In this document: piece by piece, positions 49,537 through 62,840 of the stretch | How positions within the stretch are numbered: position 1 is the first letter of the stretch | Layout: every line of letters starts with the position of its first letter | DNA from: Octopus sinensis | Taxonomy: Eukaryota | DNA: 64,000 bases | NCBI RefSeq assembly: GCF_006345805.1 | Contig: NC_043006.1 | Location: 84,444,001-84,508,000, forward strand | Direction: 5' to 3' | The notes under the pieces: model-generated | Told to the model about the DNA's origin: nothing | Database searches by the model: none | Seen by the model: the letters and a program-made list of their open reading frames with translations, nothing else | Translations under genes and position numbers: made by a program

Positions 49537-49879
49537 ATGTATATACATATACACGCATGTAAATTATTATATTAAAGAGCTATAAATATGTGTGCGTATG
49601 TTTGTTTGTGCGTGTGTGTGTGTGTCTGTCTGTCTGTCTGTCTGCGCGTGTGTGTATTTGTACATAGGGAAAATGGCTTTTCTTTTAGACATGATATATT
49701 GAAAACACAACTATGTTGTAACTTGTTATTTTTCATTAGGGTCTCTTCGTATCATGGTATCAGAGTTTTATAGTTCGTTCAGAATATTACAGTTCCCCAA
49801 ATCAATTTTGTCTGCGTTTTCAAGCTGTCTCAGTGTCATCTTCAGGGTGTGATGAGTGTTTTCTGAAACCACTGAATAC

Positions 49880-50480
49880 AACTGCACTACATGGAAAGCC
49901 CGTGCTGCAACTACTAATAACATCAATCGCCAAAGAATATAAATAGTACCCAAAAGTGGAAAAGCACGGATAAATATACTTCCAGAAGGAGGGAAAAGGA
50001 CATAAGGCCATCCCTTCAAATAAAATATACGAGACAGACGAAAGAAGGGATATTGGGAGCTGGCCGTGGATTTGGAAAGGCTGTTAATATTTCCACTCAT
50101 AAAAACTTAATTCTATAGAACACAGAACGGAAAATTGGAATTTTGCTGGTGCTGACAGTGCCATGGGAAGAGAACATCGCTAATGCAGAGCAACGGAAGG
50201 AGAAGAGATATGAAAAATTAATCGAAGAGTGCAGAGAACGGGGATGGACTGTCGAGTATTACCACCTGGCAGTGGAGGCTAGAGGCTTCATTGAAAAGAA
50301 AATGGTGACGTTATTTAAAAGAAGGCCTGCATTTTTGAGCTCAGAACTGAGAAAAGTAATAAGGAAGATACAGGAGGCAGTGGAAAAAGTCAGCTTCTAT
50401 ATATGGCTGAAACGAGAAGACCCAAAATGGCTCGAAAGCTATAACATGCCGACTGGGAAATACCGTCGCTAGGTGAGGCT
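49880..50480 (+). mobile_element. HERO-like non-LTR retrotransposon, restriction-like endonuclease C-terminal fragment
   Basis: WELAVDLERLLIFP...ILLVLTVPWEENIANAEQRKEKRYEKLIEECRERGW...VEARGF...SFYIWLKRE matches the (E)LTVPWEE...RK..KY..L...C...GW...VEVG.RGF pattern. Upstream part has stops and frameshifts; probable 3' UTR to about 50750. Confidence 0.8.
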
Positions 50481-50771
50481 GGCTGACACTTAAGCAGCAT
50501 CACTGATTGACAGGTGGGCCAAGGTAGCGGTCTCGTTCATACCGCCCCCTCTCCTCCTGGTTCAAAGGCTTGTACCATCAAAGGCTTGTACCATCAGCTT
50601 TGGCTGCTGGAATTGAAACTAACAGGACACTGTTGGAAGGCAGGCTTAGAGAGGGCGCCCTTCCCCTCCATTGGTCAGTACAAGCCTATACAGTGTCACG
50701 TGACAGTTAGCGGCGAGTAGTTAAAGGGAAATTTGGCAGGATGGTCAGTCATCCGCTGATATTCGTTACAA

Positions 50772-50995
50772 GGCGGCGAGCTGGCAGAAACGTTAGCACG
50801 CCGGGCGAAATGCGTAGCCGTATTTCGTCTGCCGCTACGTTCTGAGTTCAAATTTCACCGGGGTCGACATTGCCTTTCGGGGTCGATAAATTAAGTACCA
50901 GTTACGCACTGGGGTCGATGTAATCGACTTAATCCGTTTGTCTGTCCTTGTTTGTCCCCTCTATGTTTAGCCCCTTGTGGGTAGTAAAGAAATAG
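50772..50995 (+). mobile_element. SINE family B, full length
   Basis: aaggcggcgagctggcagaaacgttagcacg...gtgggtagtaaagaaat. Confidence 0.92.
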
Positions 50996-51518
50996 ATATT
51001 CGTTGACGCTGCATCGAAGAAACTAAAGAACAGAAGAAAAGAGAGAAAGAATAAATGCACTCAACACCAGAGCTGAAGACTCCTCTGAAAGGGGGGGGGC
51101 ATCGAAAACGGTATAGGAGTTGGGGCCGAAACCGGGCGTGGTTCCTCATGATGGTGACTTTAGCCACTGGATCCTATAAAGGAGCTGTTGAGGTAGCGAA
51201 CTACGAAACGTGGTTGGAATTCCTGTACTGGCTCTTTTTTTATAGAGGGCAGTTTATGTTTACACAAATTTACGGCCATAATTCTGTTCATGCAGACTTG
51301 CTAGCTAGAATTCAACCGATATAACGTTGGAGTTCTGCGTCATCGGGCCACAATTAACATACAGACGACATACATACTTCACGATCAAGATAAACACGCC
51401 AACGTTGACATGTAGCTCTAACGTCCAAACATTACAGATCTTATGACCTGTAACCTTAACGCTCAAATGGTCAAATTCTGGTTGTAAAATGCATCATTTT
51501 ACTTTCTCTCTCTCTTGC

Positions 51519-51572
<54 letters not shown>

Positions 51573-52858
51573 ACTCACACACACACACACACACACTCAC
51601 TTACTCACTCACTCACTCATTCACTCACCCGCTCTCTTTCTCACTCTCTCTTTCTCTGTCTGTCTGTCTCCCTCTTTCTTTCTCTGTCTCACACTCACTC
51701 ACTCTCTCTCTTTGTCTATCTGTCTCTCTCCATGACTCTCTCTCTCTCTGTCTATCTCTGTCTATCTATCTGTCTCTCTCACTTACTCTCTCTTTCTCCT
51801 TGTCTCTCTCCCTTCCCCTCTCTTTTATTTTTTATGCATCAGTGATTCAATTACTTGATTTCCAGTCAAGATAAAAACAACAAACAAAGCAGCACACACT
51901 ATATCGCTCGCGAAACGTGTATCGAACTCTCATAACTACCGTATTTTAAAGTCAATCGAAGATATAAATGATTCACTCTCATCAGTTATTCATTACAACC
52001 TTTAGTTTCCTCAACTCTGAATAGACGAAAGAAGACAAAGTCGTCTTTAGTAGCGAAATGTGAACTCAGAAACGCATGGTTCCTCCCAGCTACATACCTC
52101 TGTGCCAAGTGGAGCGAACCGCTTTTTACACAGAGCAATATCTAAAAGCTTCATTTACAGCTAAAGATTAACAGATCAATTTTTATTTTTTATATTTTTA
52201 CTTTATCAGATTAGCATTGGGAGGATGTCTTGTTCTTACGTGCGTTATAAGGAAGTGACTAAAACGTCATTGGCAACGAAAGATATTGAATTTGACGAAA
52301 TGAAATCAAAGAAACACAGCCTTAGGTTAAAGAATACTTTAGATATATTAATTTCCGTACTAACTGCTTTTCACGCCTAAACGGAGTTAAATGATGCTTG
52401 ATACAGAAGGAAGTATGGATGGAAGTCAAACAAAAGTTCGTAATGTCTTGTGTGCAAGAACACAGCTTTTGTTGCTGATGCAGCTCAGAATCTTAAGCAC
52501 CTAGCAACGCTGTTAGTTAGAATCGTGTCTTCGCTAATTCTAACATGCATCCATTAATCCAGAACATTCTACTTTCAATCTATCTCCGCTCCGTGTCCCC
52601 GTCTTTATTCTGGCGCGCGGACATGATTTATTCGGATGGATTCGATTCACCTACCTACATTCTGGGGTGGGGGGAAAACGCAGGACTTCACGTACACATA
52701 AAACTTTTAAATAGAAACCTCCCTGTACACACACGATTACTCACGTACGCGCGCGCGCACACACACACACACACATTCATACACGTATACATGTATGTGT
52801 TTCTCTTCCTCTGTCTGTCTGTCTGTCTCTCTCTCACTCTCTCTATATATATACACAC

Positions 52859-52913
<55 letters not shown>

Positions 52914-53704
52914 GTGTGTGTGTGTGTGTGTATATGTATGTATATATGCATATATATGCGTGTATAATTATATATACATTTATATGTATGATATATACAC
53001 ACACATACACATACATATATGTATTATGTATATATCAATGAATGCATATATATGTAAGTATTTAATTATATATACAATTTTACGAGTATATATATATATT
53101 ATATATATGTGTGTGTGTGTGTGTATATATAAATGCATTCATATATATATGCAACACACAATGCTGATACACACATACAAACGCACAAACGAATGTTTAT
53201 ATATGCATATGTGTGTGTGAGTGTATAATGTGTATATGTATATATATATATATATCTGTATACATATACACACAGGATATATGTGTATGTGTGGGTGTGG
53301 ATGGGTGTGTGTAGATATGTATACACATGATTTTAGGTGCATTCAATCTATACACATACAGACACACGTACATGTGAGCATACCATCATACATACACGGA
53401 CGTGCAGTGAGTCTTCCAAATTTAATTAGACACGTCATACACAGGGTATTCCTATCGAGACGTTTTATTGATTCGTCTTTGTCGAATCTAATGTCATTTC
53501 CTCTCGACCTGTCTGTTCGTTGGTCTGTCTGTCAGTCTGTCAGTCTCTCCCTAAAAATGCACACACACACACACACAGACACACACACACACACATACAC
53601 ACGCGCGCGCGCGCATATTTCCGTACTTTTTATGCTTAACTTGTTATGATGTTACGGTACTTATCAAAGAAACATAAACACATACATTCATATATATGGA
53701 GGAG

Positions 53705-53863
53705 CGGCAGGAGTGGCTTTGCGGTAAGAAGATTGCTTCCCAACCATATGGTTCCGGGTTCAGTCCCACTACGTGACATTTTGGGCAGGTATCATCTCCT
53801 ATAGCCTCGGGCCGACCAAAGTCTTGTGAGTGGATTTGGTAGACGGAAACTGAAAGAAGCCCG

Positions 53864-53946
<83 letters not shown>

Positions 53947-54184
53947 CATACATATATATATACATATATATATATGTATGTATGTATGTATGTATGCATG
54001 CATTGTGTGTCTGTGTTTGTTCCCCACCATCGCTTGACAACCGATGATGGTATGTTTGCGACCCGTAAACTTAGCGGTTTGGTAAAAAGGACCAATAGAA
54101 TAAGTCCTGGTGTCGATTACCTCGACTAAAGGCGGTGCTCCAGCATGGCTGCAGTCAAATAACTGAAACAAGTGAATAAAAGAA

Positions 54185-54185
<1 letters not shown>
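53705..54185 (+). mobile_element. SINE family A, full length
   Basis: gcaggagtggctttgcggtaag head, (TA)n/(TATG)n middle, gctccagcatggctgcagtcaaataactgaaacaag tail. Confidence 0.9.
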
Positions 54186-54218
<33 letters not shown>

Positions 54219-54227
54219 CATACGTAC

Positions 54228-54307
<80 letters not shown>

Positions 54308-55384
54308 TTCTACTAAAATCTCGGACCGACTGTGCCTTGGATGTGAATTTGGTAGATGGAAACTACGTGTCTGTCTTGTGTCTGTGTTTGTCGGTGTTGG
54401 TTTATTTATGTTCCTATGCTGTAGCAATTTGGCAAATAGACAGATTAAAAATAGATACTGAGGTGGGTTGATCTGTTCGACGAAAACAAAAGAAGACCCT
54501 TCAAGGTAGTGCTGGTTTATTTGCATCCCTATAAAGTAGCGGTTTAGCAAAAGAGACCGATAAAATAAGTACCAAACTTAAAAAATATATTATGAGGTTG
54601 GCCGATCTGTTCTGCAAAAGCAAAAAAGATCCTTAAAGGGAATGTCCCCAGCATGGCCGCAGTCCAATAACTGAAACAAGTAAACGGTAAAAGGTAAATA
54701 AAATAACAAACAAAAGAATTAAAAGTATGGCTGACTGCAATTCTAATTAATCTGGAAACAACCAGCTTACCATTCCTCTAATTCAATTCTTTGTTTCGTA
54801 ACAATTTTCAGTGGAATAAATCAGTAGAATTACAATTTATTGATTTTGGTAGATGTTTTTTTTTCCCTCGTTCTCTAAATAAAACATTGCCGAGTTGTCG
54901 TGAAATAATCAATGAAGATATCTATAAACGAAAAAAATAAGGCATCTGCTGACTTAGCGGTAATTTAAACTTTCAAGATTTATTAGTCGTTAATACACAA
55001 GCGAATGTGTGTGCTTACGTCATGGAAAAAACTTTAAAGTAAAAAAAAAAAAAATAATTAAAAACAAGAGAGACTGAAATATGAATGACACTCGTATGAT
55101 GTTCTATCTATATATCGGTTGGTATTTTATTTTGCATTGTACAATTTTTATCGAATGAAAAACAAACCAAAATTCGATATATTGAATAGTCTTGTGTTGC
55201 GTTGTGATCTGCTGTTGTCGTGTCTTTTTGTCTTGTCTCGTCTTGTCCATTTACTTGTCTCTGCATATTCATCATTTCGGTATGACGTAATAATAATAAT
55301 AATACGGAGGTTACGTGACGGCGAGAGGACGGTCTATCGTGGTCCGTCCGACGTCCTTTCGCCGCAATCTCTCGAATCCAGACT

Positions 55385-55725
55385 TATTCATCATCATCAT
55401 CGTATTCGTCGTCGTCGTCTTTGTCGTCGTCGTCTTTGTCGTCGTCGTCGTCTTTGTCGTCGTCGTCGTCATCCTCGTCGTCGATATAATTATCATCACC
55501 ACTACCACCACCACCACCTCCATCATCATCATCATCATCATCGTCATAGTCATCTACATCGTCGTCGTCGTACTTGCCGTCATCATCATTATTATTACTA
55601 CCACAACCACCATTATAGTCACTACAATCATCCTCAGTATCATCATCATCACCACCACCACTACTATCATCATCATCATCATCATCATCTACATCGTCGT
55701 CGTCGTTGTCGTCGTACGATGACAT
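55385..55725. repeat. (CAT/CGT/CAC)n low-complexity tract
   Basis: Degenerate trinucleotide repeat. Confidence 0.9.
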
Positions 55726-56444
55726 CGCTAGAGACTCTACTAGCACCCCCCAACCCCAACTCAGAGCTTACATTCCTGCATTATCTCCACACCAAATGTC
55801 TCTCACTTTAAATTCCGAATCTCTTGTGATGAATTGCTATTCAGAATAGGAGGACAACTTGTTACTTTGCCCAATCAGATGACGGACATCTCCAAAATAA
55901 ACAAATCACGATACTATAAGCCCATCTTTTGCTTCAAAGCAGTACTCTAAAAATCTGTACTGTACGTTGAGTGTTAGGGGTTGAGAACATTTGAGAATTA
56001 AAGGAATATAGCGAGAGTACCGTATTTCTTAAGAGCATTTCATTGCCTCCACCTCATTCTCACCCATGATTGTAATAATGGGTACCTGTGTCTAGCGCAG
56101 TCAAAATAGCTGTTGTATTTGATGGGCATATTAGATGTACTTCAGATTCAGCAGCGTATATTAGGACCCAGAGATGATTGTTTGAGACATCCTTTGGGGG
56201 GAAAAAAAGTGCGTTTTATATGCTATCAAATAGGTATCTAATGTAGGGAGATTTGCTCTGGTTGGTTTGAATCGAGGGATGAAACAAAATGAGAATTACT
56301 CCTGGAAACCGTGGGAATCAACATGGTGGACATACAATTTCGTTAGAGGGAACAATTAAGCAATCAATAATCAACAATGGAATTTGAGATTTTGGAAGAT
56401 GGAATCGTATCGATGACATTGGCTAGGGTGATCCAGTTCCGAAA

Positions 56445-56541
56445 ATGGAACCACAAACACAAGATCAAGTACAATCTGTGCTGACATTTATAGAACAGGC
56501 GATCGTAGATGTCATGCAACCAGCGAAAGATTTTAATCCGG
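56445..56541 (+). CDS. Candidate first coding exon (MEPQTQDQVQSVLTFIEQAIVDVMQPAKDFNP-)
   Basis: ATG in strong context (aaaATGG) with an in-frame upstream stop, 32 codons plus 1 nt, strong donor CGG|gtaagc. It lies in a ~1.1 kb repeat-free block with an upstream CCAATCAG near 55870. Confidence 0.45.
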
Positions 56542-56982
56542 GTAAGCTTAACCCGTTATTGATTTTATTGGCTTCTAATTGGGGTGTTTAAAATCATCCT
56601 TCGGGTAGGAGTTTTAATCCGTCGCCCGATTGCCTTTAACAGAATTCACTTTATTGAAAGCATCCGCATCGGGTTTCCGGTTTGAGGATAAACTTCATCA
56701 TCATCCCCACCACCCACGCACTCAGTATCGGAGGCTCTGAGCAAAAGCAAAAACAATGGATGGAGGTATAGGCACTGTCCTTCCCCCACCACATATAACC
56801 GGATTACTAGATACCCACCCCACCCCCATCTCTCTACGTGAGTGGATTAGTTTTGAACGACTCAGTCCGAAATGGTTTCTGAAATTTTGGCTTCCGAACG
56901 CATGAAAAGGAAACAACAACATTAACCACAACACAAACAACAACAATAATAACAGCAGCAGCAGAAATAACAGCAACAACAA

Positions 56983-57017
<35 letters not shown>

Positions 57018-57118
57018 ACTACTACTACTACTACTACTACTACTATTACTACTACTACTATTACTACAACAACAAATACCATCACCTCCTCCTCCTCCTC
57101 CTCCTCCTCCTCCTCCTC

Positions 57119-57161
<43 letters not shown>

Positions 57162-57717
57162 GTATTATAATTCTTAATTTCATTTCAAGCTTGAATTCAA
57201 TTTATTTTCAGACGTACTCCGAAAGAAAGAAATAAAATACGAAAAAAAAAGAAAAAAGGAATTGCATTAAATTAAATCATACAAAAATAAAATAAAATAA
57301 CACGTTGTGTAAACGTAGAATTGGCATTAAATAATACAAACACGGAGAGATAATAATGTCAAAAGTAAAAATATAAAAATGATTTTGGTAAAAATAATAG
57401 TTCAGCTTGTATTATTTGGTTGTGATGGCGAAGTTAGCGCTGTTTCGCCAAACATGGAAACGAAGAAGGACTTCACAATTGCTGAGCCACAAATCGTGAA
57501 TGGTAGACAATTTTTAGTGTTGGTCGTGGAGGAGAATCGAGAGAGAGAGGGGGAGGATGAGGGATAAGTGAAGAGGGAGACAGAAAGAGAGAGAGAGGAG
57601 AAGGAAGAGGAGAGAGAGATAGAGTTGAAAGGGAAACAAGCAGACGGAAAGAACCAAAAGACAGAAAGAAAAAGAGAAAAATATAGAAGCGAAGAAGAGC
57701 ACGATGTGTGTGTGCGT

Positions 57718-57758
<41 letters not shown>

Positions 57759-58771
57759 TATGTGTGTGTGTGTGTGAGTGCGTGTGCGCGTATGTGTGAG
57801 GGGGTATGAATGTATGTATGTGAGTGTCTGTGTATGTGTATATATGTGTGTGTGAAGATGTGTGTGTGAAGGTGTATGTGTATGTGTGTGTGCGTGTGTG
57901 AAGTTGCGTATGTGTGTGTGAGTGTGTGTGTAGTGTGTGTATGTGTATGTGTGTGTGTATGTGCGTGTGTGAAATTGCGTATGTGTGTGTGAATGTGTGC
58001 ATGTGCGTGTGTGAAGTTGCGCATGTGTGTGTGAATGTGTGTATGTGTGTGTGAGAGTGTGTGTGTATGTGTGTGTATGTGTGTGTATCTATGTGTGTGT
58101 ATGTGTGTATGTATGTGTGTATATATGTATGTATGTGTTTGTATGTGTGTATATGTGTGTGTGAAGGTGTATGTGTATGTGTGTGTGTGTGAAGGTATGT
58201 GTGTGTATGTGCGTGTGTGAAGTTGCGTATGTGTGTGTATGTGTATGTGAGAGTGTGTGTATGTGTGTGTGTCTATGTATGTGTATGTGTGTGTATATGT
58301 GTGTGTATATGTGTGTGTATATGTGTATGTGTGTATGTGTATGTGTGTGTGTGTATGTGTATGTGTGTGTGTGTGTGAAGGTATGTGTGTGTATGTGCGT
58401 GTGTGAAGTTGCGTATGTGTGTGTATGTGTATGTGAGAGTGTGTGTATGTGTGTGTGTCTATGTATGTGTATGTGTGTGTATATGTGTGTGTATATGTGT
58501 GTGTATATGTGTATGTGTGTATGTGTATGTGTGTGTGTGTATGTGTATGTGTGTGTGTGTATGTGTATGTGTGTGTGTATGTGCGCGTGTGAAGTTGCGA
58601 AAGAGAGTCATAACAACCGGGTTAAAACAACTCTTTATGGTTCTGTAGCGTTCGATAATAAATCTAAGACGAACGTTGAAGAAAGCAAACCAAACGATAG
58701 ACAAGACAGAGAGAGGGGGGGGAGGGAGGGGATGGGGAGGGAGAAAGAGAGAGAGAGAGAAGGAGAAGAAG

Positions 58772-58814
<43 letters not shown>

Positions 58815-59559
58815 GAAGGGAGTAGCACTCCAGGAAAATAAAAATAAATAAATAAATAATTAAGATGTTGATAATAATGATGATGGTGATGGTGATGATG
58901 ATGGCGACGGTGGTGGCAGTGATGACGACGGCCATAGAAGATACAACAGCTTCCTTCTGTTTGTTGTAACATTTTTCTTTTTTTTTTTTTCTATTAGTCT
59001 TATGAATCATTATTATATTCAAAGAAGATAACGATTTCGATGCCTTAGGGGGGAAAAACACATCGATATTGATAAATTTCAATCAAAGAAGTAGAGAGAG
59101 CCTGAGAGCTTGAAATGCTGATGGTTTTTCGAGAAGATTCTTCAGTATCTTGTTTTTCTTCTGATAATTTAACTATAACCATTTTCAAAGTTTATGGAAA
59201 TCTGTTCGTTGGACTTAAATAGATTTTCTTCATTTGTTGTTTTGTTGTTGTTGTCGTTGTTGCTGATGTTGCTGTTTCTTTCACATACATACATACATAT
59301 AGATAAATATATATACACTTGGAAAAGGATGCGTGGCGTTCGATCAGGGAATCTATCTTTCTGCCCATTTCCTTCATAAAGACAACACGTGCTTATACCT
59401 GTCTCCTCTCATAAGCTCGTCTTCGTAGCGATCATAATAATTTTTCTATCGTCTTAACAACCCACCCCTTTTGTTTTTACTATCTTGTTCTCACTGTTCT
59501 GTTCTTGTTACCACTTTCACCCTCCGCAAAAAATCCCAAATTTTATTTAATTTGCATTG

Positions 59560-59830
59560 CGATAAGGACTGTTTCACTGAAGTCGCGTCTTGTCTGTCCT
59601 TGCCTTCGCAACGCGGACTAGATAAAACGGGGACAACTGATGAAGGGGAATATTCTTTATGTTGCATGTCTCGTTTTTTTTCGTTCGAAAAAAAGTTCGT
59701 TTTCCATGTTTTTGTTTTTATGTTTTGGTTTCTCATTGTGTTCAACATTTTTTTTGATGTCCTGTACCCATATATGCATGTATATATACATATATATGTA
59801 GGTATGTACATATATGTATGTATATATGCA
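59560..59830 (+). mobile_element. Probable Penelope-like terminal fragment with a hammerhead 5' half
   Basis: ggggacaa-CTGATGA-agggg...ttcgttttcc, then a T-rich tract running into (TA)-rich repeat. Confidence 0.4.
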
Positions 59831-60803
59831 TATATTTATATATCACTTATATATATATATATATATAATATATATATATATATACATACAAATATATGTA
59901 TATATATATATAATTATAACAATAAGGGTTTTGCAACAAATTGCTTGACCACATACCGAAAATTTTAGAAATAGCAGCCAAAGGACTACTATTTCCTTTT
60001 TCTACAAAAATATGTCTCCACAGACAACAATATTTGTAAACTCATACATGGCTAAAAAAAAGAAGAAAAATAATGAAATCAAACAGTCTTCGATTAATTA
60101 TGGACGTACGTTTCTGGATTAGAATCAAAAGATTCATTTCCTTCATCGACAAAATATTCCGATAAATAAATCTCGAAATGTTAGGAAAACTTACCCCCTA
60201 TGTTTCTGACCAAGTGTCATCAGAACTTATAAAAGCTAATCAGCATATCCACAATTATATAGACGAGTGAATTCGTATTTCCCCACCAAATCCCTCTACC
60301 ACGTGTGTCACAAAAGAGTACTGCCGAAAAAAGATTCGTAGTATATATATACATATTGGATCGGTTTCTGATCGATAGGTATCCCACTTTTTCAATGAAG
60401 GCATCTATATATACAATGTATAGAATCCAGTGCAATTTTAGTGCAGGGTGCTGCGTAAAAACCTCTCGGAGTCACCATTCTCGATAAAGGTTTCAACAGT
60501 AAACGCAGTTTGCTCCAACTTAAACCAAGATGCTAAACACAGAATAAACACTTAACCATAAGCTACATAGAAACATCATTACCACCAGCCTAGTATCTCT
60601 AGTATCTCTAGTATCTCTATGGGCGTATAAAATATGAGAGATTTTTTCCTGTCACACCTTATATAGACGGTGGACTATTGCACACATATAAGCTTCTAAC
60701 TTCACTCTCAGGAAGAAACGACGCAACACCGTGTGTAACAAGGCTGTTAGCTCTTTCAATGTACAGATATGGTCATCCGGAAACTTTCACGGTTTTCATC
60801 GTT

Positions 60804-61790
60804 TGAATTTCGCCCTCAAAAGCTTGGGTTGCCCTAAAGATATTCTAGAAACCCTAGGTTTCGTACATTTGAATTGAATTGAAGAACCTCATAGTCGTGG
60901 AGAGATACAGACAATATACCAACACGCATATCCAACATACAAAACACACATACACAATATACAAACATACACACACACACAAACATACACACACACACAA
61001 ACATACACACAGACACACGCAAACATACTCACACACACGCATACACATGCACACACATACACAGACACACGTATACTCATACACGTATACACATACACAT
61101 ACATACATACACACACACACAAACATACACACAGACACACGCAAACATACTCACACACGCAAACATACTCACACACGCATACACATACACACATACACAC
61201 ACTCACACGTATACACATTCACGTATACCCATACACATACATACACGCATAAACACACACACACGCATACTCACACCCATGCATATACACACACGTACAC
61301 ACACGCACGCATACATACACACGCATGCTCATACACACACATGCACATACTCACACACTCGTATACGCACAAAGTAGGAAAAGAGAAATTGCGTAAATGA
61401 ATACTCCGAGGGATTTGATAGTGAGAATTCTAAATTAATTCTCCCTGTTCGGTGCATATTAGTAATTTAAATGACCGAGTATTCCTCAGACAGTTCTTCT
61501 ACGTTTAATCCTAATCCTCAAGCGGACTCTGTATGGAATTATGTGTAAGGCAGTTGTTGGTTGTTTAAATCTATAGATTTAATCATCCGAAGAGTTTCAC
61601 GTAGTTTCCGTCAACTGAATTTCGCCCTCAAAAGCTTGGGTTGCCCTAAAGATATTCTAGAAACCCTAGGTTTCGTACATTTGAATTGAATTGAAGAACC
61701 TCATAGTCGTGGAGAGATACAGACAATATACCAACACGCATATCCAACATACAAAACACACATACACAATATACAAACATACACACACAC
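60804..61790 (+). repeat. Exact ~175 bp direct repeat, 812 bp apart
   Basis: 60804-60978 is identical to 61616-61790. Confidence 0.9.
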
Positions 61791-61829
61791 TACATGCACA
61801 TATACACAATATACAAACACTCATACACA

Positions 61830-62195
61830 CTCTGTCGGTTACGACGACGAGGGTTCCAGTTGATCCGAATCAACGGAACAGCCTGCTCGTGAAATTAACG
61901 TGCAAGTGGCAGAGCAAGCCACAGACACGTCTAACCTTAACGTAGTTCTCGGGGAGATTCAGCATGACACAGAGTGTGACAAGGCTGGCTCTTTGAAATA
62001 CAGGTACAACAGAAACAGGAAGAAATAGTGAGAGAAAGTTGTGGTGAAAGAGTACAGCAGGGTTCGTCACCACCCCCTGCCGGAGCTCGTGGAGCTTTAG
62101 GTGTTTTCGCTCAATAAACACCCACAACGCCCGGTCTGAGAATCGAAATCGCGATCCTATGACTGCGAGTCCGCTAACCAGTGGTCCATTGTACC
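61830..62195 (-). mobile_element. SINE family C (tRNA(Arg)-like head) with alternative 3' half
   Basis: The head and ttgtgggtgtttattgagcgaaaacacctaaagctccacgag match 9258-9400. The 3' part differs from the 9258 copy. Confidence 0.85.
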
Positions 62196-62424
62196 TCCAC
62201 GTTCACACATAGCATACAAAATACATTTCTATATTTAAGAGAAGAGGAATTACGTACATTATTTACATTATTTACATTTGACGGATATTTGTCCTCATCT
62301 TGCTTGTTGTTAACACATCGTTTCGGCTGATATATCCTCCAGCCTTCAACGCAGGTGTCTTGGGGGAAATTTCGATCCTGGGTTCTCATTCCTAAGGTAT
62401 TTTTCGATGTTGTTGTTGTTATTA

Positions 62425-62476
<52 letters not shown>

Positions 62477-62568
62477 TATTATTATTATTATTCAGGTCAC
62501 TGCCTGGAATCGAACTCGGAATCTTGGGGTTAGTAGCCCGCGCTCTTAACCACTACGCCATATGCCCG
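62196..62568 (-). mobile_element. tRNA-headed SINE with (AAT)n middle and hammerhead-like Penelope-type 3' region
   Basis: The head (62495-62568) folds as a tRNA-like cloverleaf with A and B boxes. 62313-62358 reads ACAC-CTGCGTTGA-A-GGCTG gaggatatat CAGCC-GAAAC-GAT-GTGT. Confidence 0.8.
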
Positions 62569-62780
62569 AATGGTTTAACAAAATACGCATACACAATAAT
62601 ACAAAACACCCATACACGATATACAAACATACACACACACACTACAAGCACATATACACAATATACAAACACAATACGCATTTACAATATACAAACACAT
62701 TCTCATTATACGAACACACACGCACATACACATACACAACTCAGGTTACGTATTTGACGAGTGTTTATGTCTAAGATATA

Positions 62781-62840
<60 letters not shown>

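Noticed and set aside
49810-49855. Minus-strand CTGAAGA...GAAAACGCA
   Set aside because: No convincing helix I or II, and no U at 16.1.
51066-51120. CTGAAGA...GAAAACGGTA
   Set aside because: Helix II is out of register and there is no helix I.
52210-52325. Possible exon after a strong polypyrimidine acceptor
   Set aside because: The donor (TAG|gttaaa) is weak and the peptide is unrecognisable.
55119-55811. 230 aa His/Arg-rich ORF and the antisense poly-Asp ORF 55384..55746
   Set aside because: Degenerate (CAT/CGT)n tract open in several frames, with no splice or domain support. The same applies to 25869-26276 and 32115-32931.
57379-57507. ORF with signal-peptide-like start, or METKKDFTIAEPQIVN as an alternative first exon
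   Set aside because: The donor (ATG|gtagac) is weak and the frame runs on into a GA repeat; no independent support.
60185-60235. Minus-strand CTGATGA...GAAAC...GTA, also a possible GGG|gtaagt donor
   Set aside because: The hairpin consumes core bases G8/A9 and helix I does not pair. The acceptor for a 31-nt exon is weak.
62495-62568. Possible genuine tRNA gene
   Set aside because: The acceptor stem is imperfect, the ACT anticodon is atypical, and it is attached to a SINE body. The other tRNA-like heads in the window are also SINE heads.
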